Source: Torpedo marmorata (lineage: Eukaryota). Taken from it: a stretch of 64,000 bases of DNA. The stretch is taken from assembly GCA_977017645.1 (NCBI GenBank), contig OZ360220.1:99572001-99636000 (forward strand), given 5' to 3'. This document shows, piece by piece, positions 1 to 11,559 of this stretch (the first letter of the stretch is position 1; every line of letters begins with the position of its first letter). A model generated the notes under the pieces. The model did not search any database and had not been told where the DNA came from. It worked only from the letters and a program-made list of their open reading frames with translations. The position numbers were made by a program, and so were the translations under genes.

Positions 1-535
1 TGCGAAAGTAGACGGAATGGAGAGTCAGAGCTCGGGGAAGGCGACGGGGAAGAAGGGAGGCCATTTCAATTCCCCATCCCATTCCCTTGCTGACATGTCT
101 GTCCGTGGTCTCATACACGGCCAGACTGAGACCACCCGCAAATTGGAGGAACAACACCTCATCTTCCGACTGGGCACCCTCCAACCGGATGGAATTAATA
201 TCGACTTCTCTGGCTTTCGTTAAAACCCCCTCCCCTCACTTATTCCCCCATCGCCTTCCCCAGCTCTGACTCTCCATTCCGTCTACTTTCGCACAAACAT
301 GATAAATTCTTACCTTGTTCCTTATCATATCCAATAAACACCTTTTGTTGCTCTAGATTCCTCCCCCAGCCAGCATTGTCTGAATTTTGAGACTTTCTGA
401 GACTTCCTGCTTCTGGCTCATTCTGCTTATTCCTTGAAGAAGGGCTCGGGCCCGAAACGTCGGCAATATATCTTTGTCTCCTATAGATGCTGAAAGACCG
501 GCTGAGTTCCTCCAGCATTTTGGTGTGTTTTTACT
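1..535 (+). mobile_element. Penelope-like retroelement 3' end (GIY-YIG endonuclease C-terminus plus pseudo-LTR)
   Basis: ORF 17-223 HFNSPSHSLADMSV...RKLEEQHLIFRLGTLQPDGINIDF is typical of the PLE endonuclease C-terminus. It is followed by a pLTR containing GGGCCCGAAACGTCG and GCTGAGTTCCTCCAGCA. Confidence 0.85.
428..468 (+). ncRNA. Minimal type I hammerhead-ribozyme motif in Penelope pLTR (putative)
   Basis: Stem I TATTCC(428-433)/GGCAATA(462-468); core TTGAAGA(434-440); extra A; stem II GGGC-TCGG-GCCC; GAAA; palindromic ACGT; predicted cleavage after C461. Confidence 0.65.
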
Positions 536-900
536 GCAAACAGAGTTGCTGGAGGAACTCAGCAGGGCAGACAGCATCCATGAATAGAGATGCTTTGTCA
601 ATGTTCAGATTATAGGACAGAAGGCATAGGAGGTGGAGAGACAGGTAGAGGAGAAACCATTGGGAAGGCGGTGGGAAATGATTTCTCCCACACCTGTCCT
701 TTACCCACCTCTGGGCCGCTTCCCCAGCTTCTTTCCCCTTTATGTATGTAATTTCACCTATTCTATCTTAGTCTTGATAAATGGTACATTCCCAGAACAT
801 TGACTAACCATTTCTACCCATGGAGGCTGTCTGTCCCGCTGAGTTCATCCAGCGATTCTTTGTTTGCTCAAGATTCCAGCATCTGCAGCTTTTTGTTTCT
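536..900. mobile_element. Older Penelope pLTR fragments in inverted arrangement
   Basis: Minus-strand TGCTGGAGGAACTCAGC at ~547 and plus-strand GCTGAGTTCATCCAGC...CAGCATCTGCAG at ~838-888. Confidence 0.6.
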
Positions 901-999
901 CTACCCACATATACTTAACCCATTTTCTATCACTCAACCCATTGCCTTTTATGCCCTGGCATTTCATCTAAACACTACTGGTGCTGTTGGGGGGAAAGT

Positions 1000-2260
1000 T
1001 CCAGGATGTAGAACCAGGGATGATGAAGGACCACCAATACACCTCCAAGTCAGGGTGATGGGAAGCTTGGAGGAGAACCTATAGGTGGTGGTGTTCCCGT
1101 GGCTCTGCTGCCATTGTGAAGTGCCACATTTGGGGAGTGCTGTGGGAGTTCTGCACATCAGTGGTGGAGGGGCTGAATCTTTAAGGGGAGGTGTTGATAC
1201 AGTGCCAGGCTGCTTTGTCCTGGATGATAAAAACACACCGAAATGCTGGAGGAACTCAGCCGGTCTTTCAGCGTCCATAAAAGACAAAGATATATTGCTG
1301 ACGTTTCGGGCCTGAGCCCTTCTTCCTTACGGTTGATGTCACGGCGGCAGTTGGAAATATAAAGGTTCAGAGCAGGCAGAAGACCGGAACGAGATTTCAA
1401 GGAGGAGGAAGAAGGTTTAAAGCGGGAGAAGGGATCTGTAGAGGAGGGTGGAGAATTATGGTTGTGGAAGTAGGCATGGAGACGGAGCCGACGGAAGAAG
1501 AGTTGAGCATCATGGCGTGCGTGGAACTCGTTGAGGTGTGGGTGAAGGGGGATGAAGGTGTGGCCTGTACTGAGGACAGAGCGTTCAGTCTCAGAGAGGG
1601 GAAGGTCAGAGGGAATGGTGAAGACCAGGCAGGGGTTAGGGGGAGGTTCAATCAGGTGGAGGATGTTGGGGAGGGGAGGAGGATGGGGTGGATCAGGAGG
1701 TGGAGGGTAGGAAGGGTCCAAGGAAGGGAGGGGAGGGTTGGGAAAGTCAGAGGGTGGAGAGAGAGAGATGCCCGTGCGCTACCAGAGCCAGCGTGGGAGT
1801 TTGCGACAGAGGCTCGGAGGCGACGTAGGTCGCAGGGGCTCTCGAAGAAGAGCTCAGGCCCGAAACGTCGGCAATATATCTATGCTTTTTATGGATGCTG
1901 AAAGACCGGCTGAGTTGCTCCAGCAATTCGGTATGTTTTTACTACAATCACAGCATCTGCAGACTTTAGTGTTTTACCCTTGTCCTGGATGGTATCGAGC
2001 TTCTTGCGAGTTCTGGGAGCTGCACTCATCCAGGCAAGAGGTGGGTATTTCACTGCACTCCAAACACGTGCCTTGGAGATGGGGAAAGCTTTGTCAGGAT
2101 ATGAGTCATCTACCAGAATACCCTGCCTTTGAACTGCTCTTGTGGCCACGGTATTTATGTGCTTTTAGTCAATAGTGACTATTGAATGTTGGGGACTCAG
2201 GATGGAAAGTGAAGGTGGCTGGGCCCATGACACTGCCCTGAGTAACTCCTACAGTAGGTC
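1000..2260 (-). mobile_element. Degenerate CR1/L2-group LINE fragment interrupted by a Penelope insertion
   Basis: Minus-strand peptide SAVKYPPLAWMSAAPRTRKKLDTIQDK (RT C-terminal region). The sequence continues across 1227-1979. Confidence 0.6.
1227..1979. mobile_element. Penelope-like insertion with inverted pLTRs and 12-bp TSD
   Basis: TSD TTGTCCTGGATG at 1215-1226 and 1980-1991. 1227-1325 is the reverse complement of ~1845-1945. Internal minus-strand ORF ...VLSTGHTFIP...FFRRLRLHAYF resembles a PLE ORF N-terminal region. Confidence 0.8.
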
Positions 2261-2494
2261 TGGGATGAGTGATCACTAACAGGAGGAGAAGACAGGGAGA
2301 AATGGCAGAATTAGCGCCTCATCTGGTTGAACCCGGGGATGAGCAGGAACCGGCATTGGAGGGAGCAGAATTTTGGAAGGAAGACACTTGGAAGGTAAGC
2401 AGCCAAGTCCATGGCGGTGCTGGGAAACATGGTGGGAAGTGGGAAACTGGAAGAGTGAAACCAGGAGCCAGAACAGGGCGCTGAGCAATGAACA

Positions 2495-3440
2495 GTGAAC
2501 GGGGTGCAGGGAGTGGTGTCAGGGAGCAGGGTTCAGGGTGCAGGATGTAGGGAGTGGGTTCAGGGAACAGGGAGAAGGGAGTGGGTTCAGGGAACAGGGT
2601 GTAGGGAGTGGGATCAGGGAACAGGGAGAAGGGAGTGGGATCAGGGAACAGGGAGAAGGGAGTGGGATCAGGGAACAGGGAGAAGGGAGTGGGATCAGGG
2701 AACAGGGTGTAGGGAGTGGGATCAGGGAACAGGGAGAAGGGAGTGGGATCAGGGAACAGGATGTAGGGAGTGGGATCAGGGAACAGGGAGAAGGGAGTGG
2801 GATCAGGGAACAGGATGTAGGGAGTGGGTTCAGGGAACAGGGAGAAGGGAGTGGGATCAGGGAACAGGGAGAAGGGAGTGGGATCAGGGAACAGGGAGAA
2901 GGGAGTGGGATCAGGGAACAGGGAGAAGGGAGTGGGTTCAGGGAACAGGGAGAAGGGAGAAGGGAGTGGGATCAGGGAACAGGGTGTAGGGAGTGGGATC
3001 AGGGAACAGGGAGAAGGGAGTGGGATCAGGGAACAGGGAGAAGGGAGTGGGATCAGGGAACAGGGAGAAGGGAGTGGGTTCAGGGAACAGGGAGAAGGGA
3101 GAAGGGAGTGGGATCAGGGAACAGGGTGTAGGGAGTGGGATCAGGGAACAGGGAGAAGGGAGTGGGATCAGGGAACAGGATGTAGAGAGTGGGATCAGGG
3201 AACAGGGAGAAGGGAGTGGGATCAGGAAACAGGGTGTAGAGAGTGGGATCAGGGAACAGGGAGAAGGGAGTGGGATCAGGGAACAGGGAGAAGGGAGTGG
3301 GATCAGGGAACAGGGTGTAGAGAGTGGGATCAGGGAACAGGGAGAAGGGAGTGGGATCAGGGAATAGGGTGTAGAGAGTGGGATCAGGGAACAGGGGTAG
3401 GGAGTGGGAACAGGGTGCAGGTGCAGGAAGCAGGAAGTGG
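2495..3440. repeat. 27-bp G-rich minisatellite (GGGAGTGGGATCAGGGAACAGGGAGAA)n
   Basis: Direct tandem repetition. Confidence 0.95.
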
Positions 3441-3677
3441 TGTCATGGAGTAGAGTGCAGGATGAATGGGGCAACATGACCAAGTGTTAACAGTATCACT
3501 CGTGGCCTGAGTAATGTCAGAATTTCTCCAAAGTCAGGACCAGGATCTGGGAGTAGGGCTGATGGGAATGCTGTGCCAACAGCCAACACGGACTGGACAG
3601 GTCAAATGGCCTCCTTCAGTACTGGAGCAATTCTGTGATTGCATTCATTCTGCCATTGGCCTCAATTGACCTCTGAG

Positions 3678-4212
3678 GCACCATCAATGCCGACGCACCA
3701 TCAATGCTGACGCACCATCAATGCTGACATGCCATCAATGCCGACGCACCATCAATGCTGACATGCCATCAATGCTGACGCACCATCAATGCTGAGGCAC
3801 CATCAATGCTGAGGCACCATCAATGCTGACATGCCATCAATGCCGACGCACCATCAATGCTGATGCACCATCAATGCTGACATGCCATCAATGCCGACGC
3901 ACCATCAATGCTGACATGCCATCAATGCTGACATGCCATCAATGCCGACGCACCATCAATGCTGACATGCCATCAATGCTGACATGCCATCAATGCCGAC
4001 GCACCATCAATGCTGACGCACCATCAATGCTGACATGCCATCAATGCCGACGCACCATCAATTCTGACATGCCATCAATGCTGACGCACCATCAATGCTG
4101 AGGCACCATCAATGCTGAGGCACCATCAATGCTGACGCTCCATTAATGCTGACATGCCATCAATGCTGATGCACCATCAATGCTGACGCACCATCAATGC
4201 TGACACACCATC
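3678..4212. repeat. 17-bp minisatellite (CACCATCAATGCTGACG)n; resumes at 8422-8468 after the L1 insertion
   Basis: Direct tandem repetition on both sides of the L1. Confidence 0.95.
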
Positions 4213-7200
4213 GAGGGTGGTAGTACTGGTGTAAATATACCAGTATTATATATAGTGGGTTCTTTAGTTCTCTATTCTCTTTTTATATCCTTTTCTCTTT
4301 TTCTTTCTAAGGAGATGTCAAATAGATTACAGATGTGGAAGGGGGAGCCGGCGGTTCCGATGGAGAGAGAGTTATATATCAGCAATGGCGGACAGTAAAT
4401 TAATAAATGTAGTCAGTATTAATATAAATGGGCTCAATAATCCGATTAAAAGGAAGAAAACTTTAGCATACATCAAAAAGCTAAATGCAGACATAGCTTT
4501 ATTACAAGAGACGCATCTGACTGATTTAGAACATCAGAAGTTGAAAAGAGAATGGGTTGGTCAAGTGGTAGCGTCTTCATTTAACTCTAAGGCTAAAGGT
4601 GTTGCTATACTAATTAATAAGAAGTTACCCTTTAAAATACAATCGGTGGTTACTGATTTGTCAGGAAGATATGTCTTAATAAACTGTCAGATATATTCAG
4701 AAATGTGGATTCTTATGAATATATATGTGCCAAAAACGCAAGATGAACAATTTATTCAGGATTCCTTTATGCATTTGTCAGAGGCAAACGATAATATTTT
4801 AATTGGTGGAGATTTTAATTGTTGTTTAGACCCAGTAACGGATAAAACATCCAAATCAATCATTAGAACTAAAACTGCTAAAAGAATTCTTACTATGATG
4901 AAAGATGTGAATTTAATTGACATTTGGAGGAAGTTGAATCCGAGAGAAAAAGACTACTCTTTTTATTCTTCTAGACATGATTCTTATTCTAGAATAGACA
5001 TGTTTTTGCTGTCAGCACAATTACAAGATAGGGTGACTCAAGTACAATATAAGGCGAGATTAATTTCTGACCATTCTCCTTTATTAATGTCATGCATAAT
5101 TCCGGAAAAAGAAAAAATTATATATAGATGGAGGTTTAACTCTTCTTTACTAAAAAGAGCGGATTTTTGTAAATATATAAGAAGAGAAATCCAAGAATTC
5201 TTACAGACTAACTCGGATTCTATTGAAAATAAATGTATTATTTGGGATGCTTTGAAATATTATTTAAGAGGTCAGATAATAAGTTATTCAGCAAAAGTTA
5301 AGAAGGAAAATATTCAGGAATTGGATAACTTGGAGGAGATTGAGTTTTTGGAGAAGGATTTACAAAAAAAGAGATCAGAAGAAAAGAAGAAGGATTTAAT
5401 TGAGAAAAAATTATATTATAATACGTTACAAACATATAAATTGGAAAAACTCATTGAAAGAACTAAGCAAAGGTATTATGAATTGGGAGAAAGAGCTCAT
5501 AAGGTTTTAGCCTGGCAATTAAAGAAGGAGCAAACCTCTAGAACTATAACGGCTATAAAAAAGAATTCTAAGAAAATAACTTATAAACCGTGAGAAATAA
5601 ATGATTCTTTCAAAGATTTTTATTTGAATTTATATACATCTCAAGTCGATAAAGATGATTCTAAAATTAACAAATTTTTATCCAAAATTAAGATGCCCAG
5701 GTTAGATACACTTAGTAAAGAATCTTTAGATTCACCATTTACGATGAGGGAAGTTAATGAGGTTCTTAGTTCTTTAACAAGTGGGAAATCTCCGGGGGAG
5801 GATGGTTTCCCATCAGAATTTTATAAGAAATTTAAGGACTTATTGATACCTCCTTATATGGAGGTGTTAAAACAAATAACGGAAACTCATTCTCTACCGG
5901 AGACCTTCTCAAATGCAATAATAACAGTCATACCGAAAAAAGATAGAGACTTGTTGAAAACAGAATCATATAGACCAATATCATTGTTAAATGTGGACTA
6001 TAAAATAATGGTGAAAATTTTAGCAAATAGAGTGGCGAAGTATTTACCAGATTTAGTTCATGTAGATCAAGCAGGCTTTATTAAGAACAGATATTCAAAA
6101 GATAATATCACAAGATTAATTAGTTTAATAAACGTGGCACAAAAGAGAGAGGAACTGGCATTAGTATTAACATTAGATGCCGAAAAGGCTTTTGATAGAT
6201 TAGAGTGGAATTATGTATTTAAGGTACTGGAAAAATTCGGTTTTGGAAATACATTTATTAATTGGATTAAAACTATATATAAAGAACCTTCTGCTAGAGT
6301 GGTCACAAATGGACAAATATCTTCAAAATTTTCCTTAACTAGGTCTACTAGACAAGGTTGTCCTTTATCGCCAGCATTGTTTATTTTAGCAATAGAACCT
6401 TTAGCAGAATTAATTAGACAAGATATTAAGATTGCAGGTATTAAAGTTGGTAATGAAGAACACAAAATTAGTTTATTTGCAGATGATGTATTGATATATA
6501 TAACAAAACCTATTAATTCTTTAGTGCAATTGTCTGTTTAATTGAAAGAATATGGGGAAATATCTGGTTATAAGATTAATCCGGATAAAAGTGAAATTAT
6601 GCCTTTAATACAAGGGGATTATAGTAAATGTAAAGAAACTACACAATTTAAATGGTCAAAGGAAGGAATTAAATATTTGGGAATAAAGATTGATACAAAA
6701 TTAACTAATCTGTATAAATTAAACTATTTACCATTATTTGTGAATATAAAAAAAGATCTGGAGAGTTGGAAGGATTTACCTATAACTCTAATGGGAAGGG
6801 TAAATTGTATTAAAATGAATGTTTTTCCGAGAATTCAATATCTTTTTCAATCAATTCCTTATGAAATTCCTCAGAAATTTTTTAAAGATTTAAATTTAAT
6901 CATTAGGAAATTTTTGTGGAAAGGAAGGTTGGCTAGAGTAGGTATGGAGAAATTAACCTGGAATTATGAAATGGGTGGTCTACAGCTTCCTAATTTTCAA
7001 TATTACTATAGAGCAGCCCAGCTAAAATTTATTAACGAACTGTTTGATTTAGGGAAACTTTCTGTTTGGATTAGAATAGAATTAAATAATATAGGAGAGG
7101 ATTTGAAAGAAGAAGTCATTTATAAATGGAATTCTAAATTATTATTAACTAAAGGGAAAAATTCTCCTATTTTTAGGCATTTGTTAGAAATATGGAACAG

Positions 7201-8421
7201 AGTGGATAGAGAAATAGGAGCGAAAGGGTCAATCTCTCGAATAATGCCTCTGTATCAAAATAATCTTATCCCATTTACTGTTGATAATCAATTATTTAAA
7301 ATTTGGTTCCAAAAGGGAATTAAGGAAATAAATGATTGTTTTGAAGCTGGTAAATTTATTATGTTTCAAAGAATGAAGGATAAGTTTAGTGTAGCAAATA
7401 ATACAATCCTTGCTAACTATCAAATCAGAGCATTTTTAGTTGAAAGGTTGGGCCATAGTTTGATTTTACCAAGACAGACGGATTTGGAATTATTAGTTAC
7501 TACTGGAGGTGTTCCTAAATTTATTTCTCAAATGTATAGATTGTTACAGAAAAAATTGCCTAAACCAGGAGTTCACAAATCAAGATTAAAATGGGAAGCA
7601 GATTTGAATGTATCAATAGATGAAGAACACTGGAAGGAATTAGGTAAACAAAGTATGACGAAGATTATCAATGTTAGATATAGATTGGTGCAATATAATT
7701 TTTTTCATCAATTATATTTAACACCTAAAAGACTAAAGAAATTTAATCCGACATTATCTGGTTTATGTTTTAGATGTAATAGTGAGGAAGGTTCCTTTGT
7801 ACATTCTACATGGCTTTGTCCAAAGATGCAGGATTTCTGGTTGAAAGTTAAAAAGTTTTTAGACAAAGTATTAAGAATTACACTCCCAATGGATCCTATG
7901 ATATTTTTGTTTGGAGATATTAAAGGAACCAGTGTTAAAATGAAATTAGATATGTATCAAACAGAATTTTTACGTATTGCTTTAGTCGTTTCTAAGAAAA
8001 GTATTGCCATTACATGGAAATCAGATGTAGATTTAGGGTTAGAAAGATGGCATGCTGAATTGCGTTCATGTATACCACTTGAAAAAATTACTTATAATTT
8101 ACGTAATAAATATCATTTCTTTTTGAAAATATGGAGCCCATAAATAAAAACTGTCGGTTTAAGGATTTGAGGATCTCCACATATTGGATCTGACTGGCGG
8201 ACCTGTGTTCCACTATAAAATTAGGTTATAGTAGTTTTGTTTAGAGTGACATTCTCCTTACTTTATCTTTTTCTTCTCTCTTTCTTTCTTTTCGGGAGGG
8301 TTAGGGAGGGGAGGGAGGGAGGGAGGGGGGGTGAAAAAGTATCACATGTAATTTGATAACTTTGAAGTTTAAGCTATGTACTGTGTGATTTAAAATTTTA
8401 AATAAAATATATATTTTTAAA
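4213..8421 (+). mobile_element. 5'-truncated L1-clade LINE with full-length ORF2 (APE-RT-CCHC), 17-bp TSD
   Basis: TSD AATGCTGACACACCATC at 4196-4212 and 8422-8438. G-rich 3' UTR and AATAAA at 8401. Confidence 0.95.
4385..8170 (+). pseudogene. L1 ORF2 in one frame with three premature stops (5591, 6539, 8141)
   Basis: APE motifs NINGLN, LQETH, GGDFN, SDH; RT motifs QGCPLSP and FADD; zinc knuckle CFRC...HSTWLC. The three ORF-track pieces are in the same frame, and the sister copy at 25594 reads WSPYIKTVGLRI through the last stop. Confidence 0.92.
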
Positions 8422-8494
8422 AATGCTGACACACCATCAATGCTGAGGCGCCATCAATGCTGACATGCTCAGCTGACATTTTCTGTGGTTGCAG

Positions 8495-8714
8495 CTAATA
8501 TTTGAAGGAAGACAGACTCTGGGAGCTGGAGATATTGCCATCGACGACATCAGTGTTGTGGGAGGAGCATGTGAGCCTCAGCGGATGTGCAACTTTGAAG
8601 CCAATACCTGTGAGTTCACCTCGACAGGTTTACAGACATGGCAGCGAGAGCAGGGCTTCTTCAGGGGGAATATTAACAAGCCGGCCATCGACAACACCAA
8701 GGAGACGGGGCAAG
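8495..8714 (+). CDS. MAMDC4: MAMDC4 (endotubin) internal exon, MAM/MAM boundary
   Basis: AG/GT bounded; LIFEGRQTLGAGDIAIDDISVVGGACEPQRMCNFEANTC...DNTKETGQG; phase 0 to 1. Confidence 0.9.
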
Positions 8715-8814
8715 GTAACAGCACTAAACAGCGTTCCTCAGCGCCCTTTTGTCTTCAGCAGCTCTTCACAATCTGAAATGATGCAAAGAGTTGGTAGTAC
8801 ACTCACCTCCCACA

Positions 8815-11505
8815 CCCGAGACACACACTGTTCTCACACAGCGGGAGAGTGGGATACAGAATGTTCCCCCACTGGGACACATACTGTTCCCCCACTGGGA
8901 CACACACTGTTCCCCCACTGGGACACTCACTGTTCCCACACTGGGACACACACTGTTCCCACACTGGGACACACACTGTTCCCACACTGGGACACACACT
9001 GTTCCCACACTGGGACACATACTGTTCCCACACTGGGACACACACTGTTCCCACACTGGGACACACACTGTTCCCACACTGGGACACACACTGTTCCCAC
9101 ACTGGGACACATACTGTTCCCACACTGGGACACACACTGTTCCCACACTGGGACACACACTGTTCCCACACTGGGACACATACTGTTCTCACACTGGAAC
9201 ACACACTGTTCCCACACTGGGACACATACTGTTCTCACACTGGAACACTCACTGTTCCCACACTGGGACACACACTGTTCCCCCACTGGGACACTCACTG
9301 TTCCCACACTGGGACACACACTGTTCCCACACTGGGACACATACTGTTCTCACACTGGAACACTCACTGTTCCCACACTGGGACACACACTGTTCTCCCA
9401 CTGGGACACACACTGTTCTCCCACTGGGACACTCACTGTTCTCCCACTGGGACCCTCACTGTCCCCCACTGGGACACTCACTGTTCCCCCAATGGGACAT
9501 ACACTGTTCCCACACTGGAACACACACTGTTCCCACACTGGGACACACACTGTTCCCCCACTGGGACACTCACTATTCCCACACTGGGACACACACTGTT
9601 CTCACACTGGAACACACACTGTTCCCACACTGGGACACTCACTGTTCTCCCACTGGGACCCTCACTGTTCCCAGACTGGGACACACACTGTTCCCCCACT
9701 GGGACACACACTGTTCCCACACTGGAACACTCACTGTTCTCCCACTGGGACACACACTGTTCTCCCACTGGGACATACACTGTTCCCACACTGGGACACA
9801 CACTGTTCCCCCACTGGGACACTCACTGTTCCCCCACTGGGACACACACTGTTCTCCCACTGGGACACACACTGTTCCCACACTGGGACACACACTGTTC
9901 TCCCACTGGGACACACACTGTTCCCACACTGGGACGCACACTGTTCTCCCACTGGGACACACACTGTTCCCCCACTGGGACACACACTGTTCCCACACTG
10001 GGACACACACTGTTCTCCCACTGGGACACACACTGTTCTCCCACTGGGACACACACTGTTCCCCCACTGGGACACACACTGTTCCCCCACTGGGACACAC
10101 ACTGTTCCCCCACTGGGACACACACTGTTCCCACACTGGGTCACACACTGTTCCCACACTGGGTCACACACTGTTCCCACACTGGGTCGCACACTGGGAC
10201 ACACACTGATCCCACACTGGGACACACACTGTTCCCCCACTGGAACACACACTGTTCCCACACTGGAACACACACTGTTCCCACACTGGGACACACACTG
10301 TTCTCCCACTGGAACACACACTGTTCCCCCACTGGAACACACACTGATCCCACACTGGGACACACACTGTTCCCCTACTGGAACACACACTGTTCTCCCA
10401 CTGGGACACACACTGTTCCCACACTGGGACACTCACTGTTCCCACACTGGGAGACTCACTGTTCCCACACTGGGACACACACTGTTCCCCCACTGGGACA
10501 CACACCGTTCCCACACTGTTCCCCCACTGGGACACTCACTGTTCCCACACTGGGACACTCACTGTTCCCCCACTGGGACACACACTGTTCTCCCACTGGG
10601 ACACACACTGTTCCCACACTGGGACACACACTGTTCTCCCACTGGGACACACACTGCTCCCACACTTGGACACACACTCTTCTCCCACTGGGACACACAC
10701 TCTTCTCCCACTGGGACACACACTGTTCCCACACTGGGACACACACTGCTCCCACACTGGGACACACACTCTTCTCCCACTGGGACACACACTCTTCTCC
10801 CACTGGGACACACACTGTTCCCACACTGGGACACACACTGCTCCCACACTTGGACACACACTGTTCTCCCACTGGGACACACACTGTTCTCCCACTGGGA
10901 CACACACTGTTCCCCCACTGGGACACACACTGTTCTCCCACTGGGACACTCACTGTTCCCCCACTGGGACACACACTGTTCTCCCACTGGGACACACACT
11001 GTTCCCCCACTGGGACACACACTGTTCTCCCACTGGGACACTCACTGTTCCCCCACTGGGACACACACTGTTCTCCCACTGGGACACACACTGTTCCCAC
11101 ACTGGGACACACACTGTTCCCACACTGGGACATACACTGTTCCCACACTTGGACACACACTGTTCTCCCACTGGGACACACACTGTTCTCCCACTGGGAC
11201 ACACACTGTTCTCCCACTGGGACACACACTGTTCCCACACTGGGACATACACTGTTCCCACACTTGGACACACACTGTTCTCCCACTGGGACACACACTG
11301 TTCTCCCACTGGGACATACACTGTTCCCACACTTGGACACACACTGTTCTCCCACTGGGACACACACTGTTCTCCCACTGGGACACACACTGCTCCCACA
11401 CTTGGACACAAACTGTTCTCCCACTTGGACACACACTCTTCTCCCACTGGGACACACACTGTTCCCACACTGGGACACACACTGTTCCCATACTGGGACA
11501 CACAG
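8815..11505. repeat. 23-bp minisatellite (CTGGGACACACACTGTTCCCACA)n, ~2.7 kb
   Basis: Direct tandem repetition; generates stop-free ORFs in all frames. Confidence 0.97.
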
Positions 11506-11559
11506 TATCTCCACATACCGCGAAGTGGGCCTGAAATGTTTTTCCATATATGGAGTGGA

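Noticed and set aside
2283-2394. Possible MAMDC4 exon ending WK with a GTAAGC donor
   Set aside because: No MAM similarity, the start phase does not fit the expected exon, and the acceptor is poor.
2495-3483. Repetitive ORFs (REWDQGTG, GSGIREQG)
   Set aside because: Products of the 27-bp minisatellite.
8815-11505. V(D)J recombination signal-like CACTG motifs at 23-bp spacing
   Set aside because: No proper CACAGTG heptamer with nonamer, and no antigen-receptor segments nearby.
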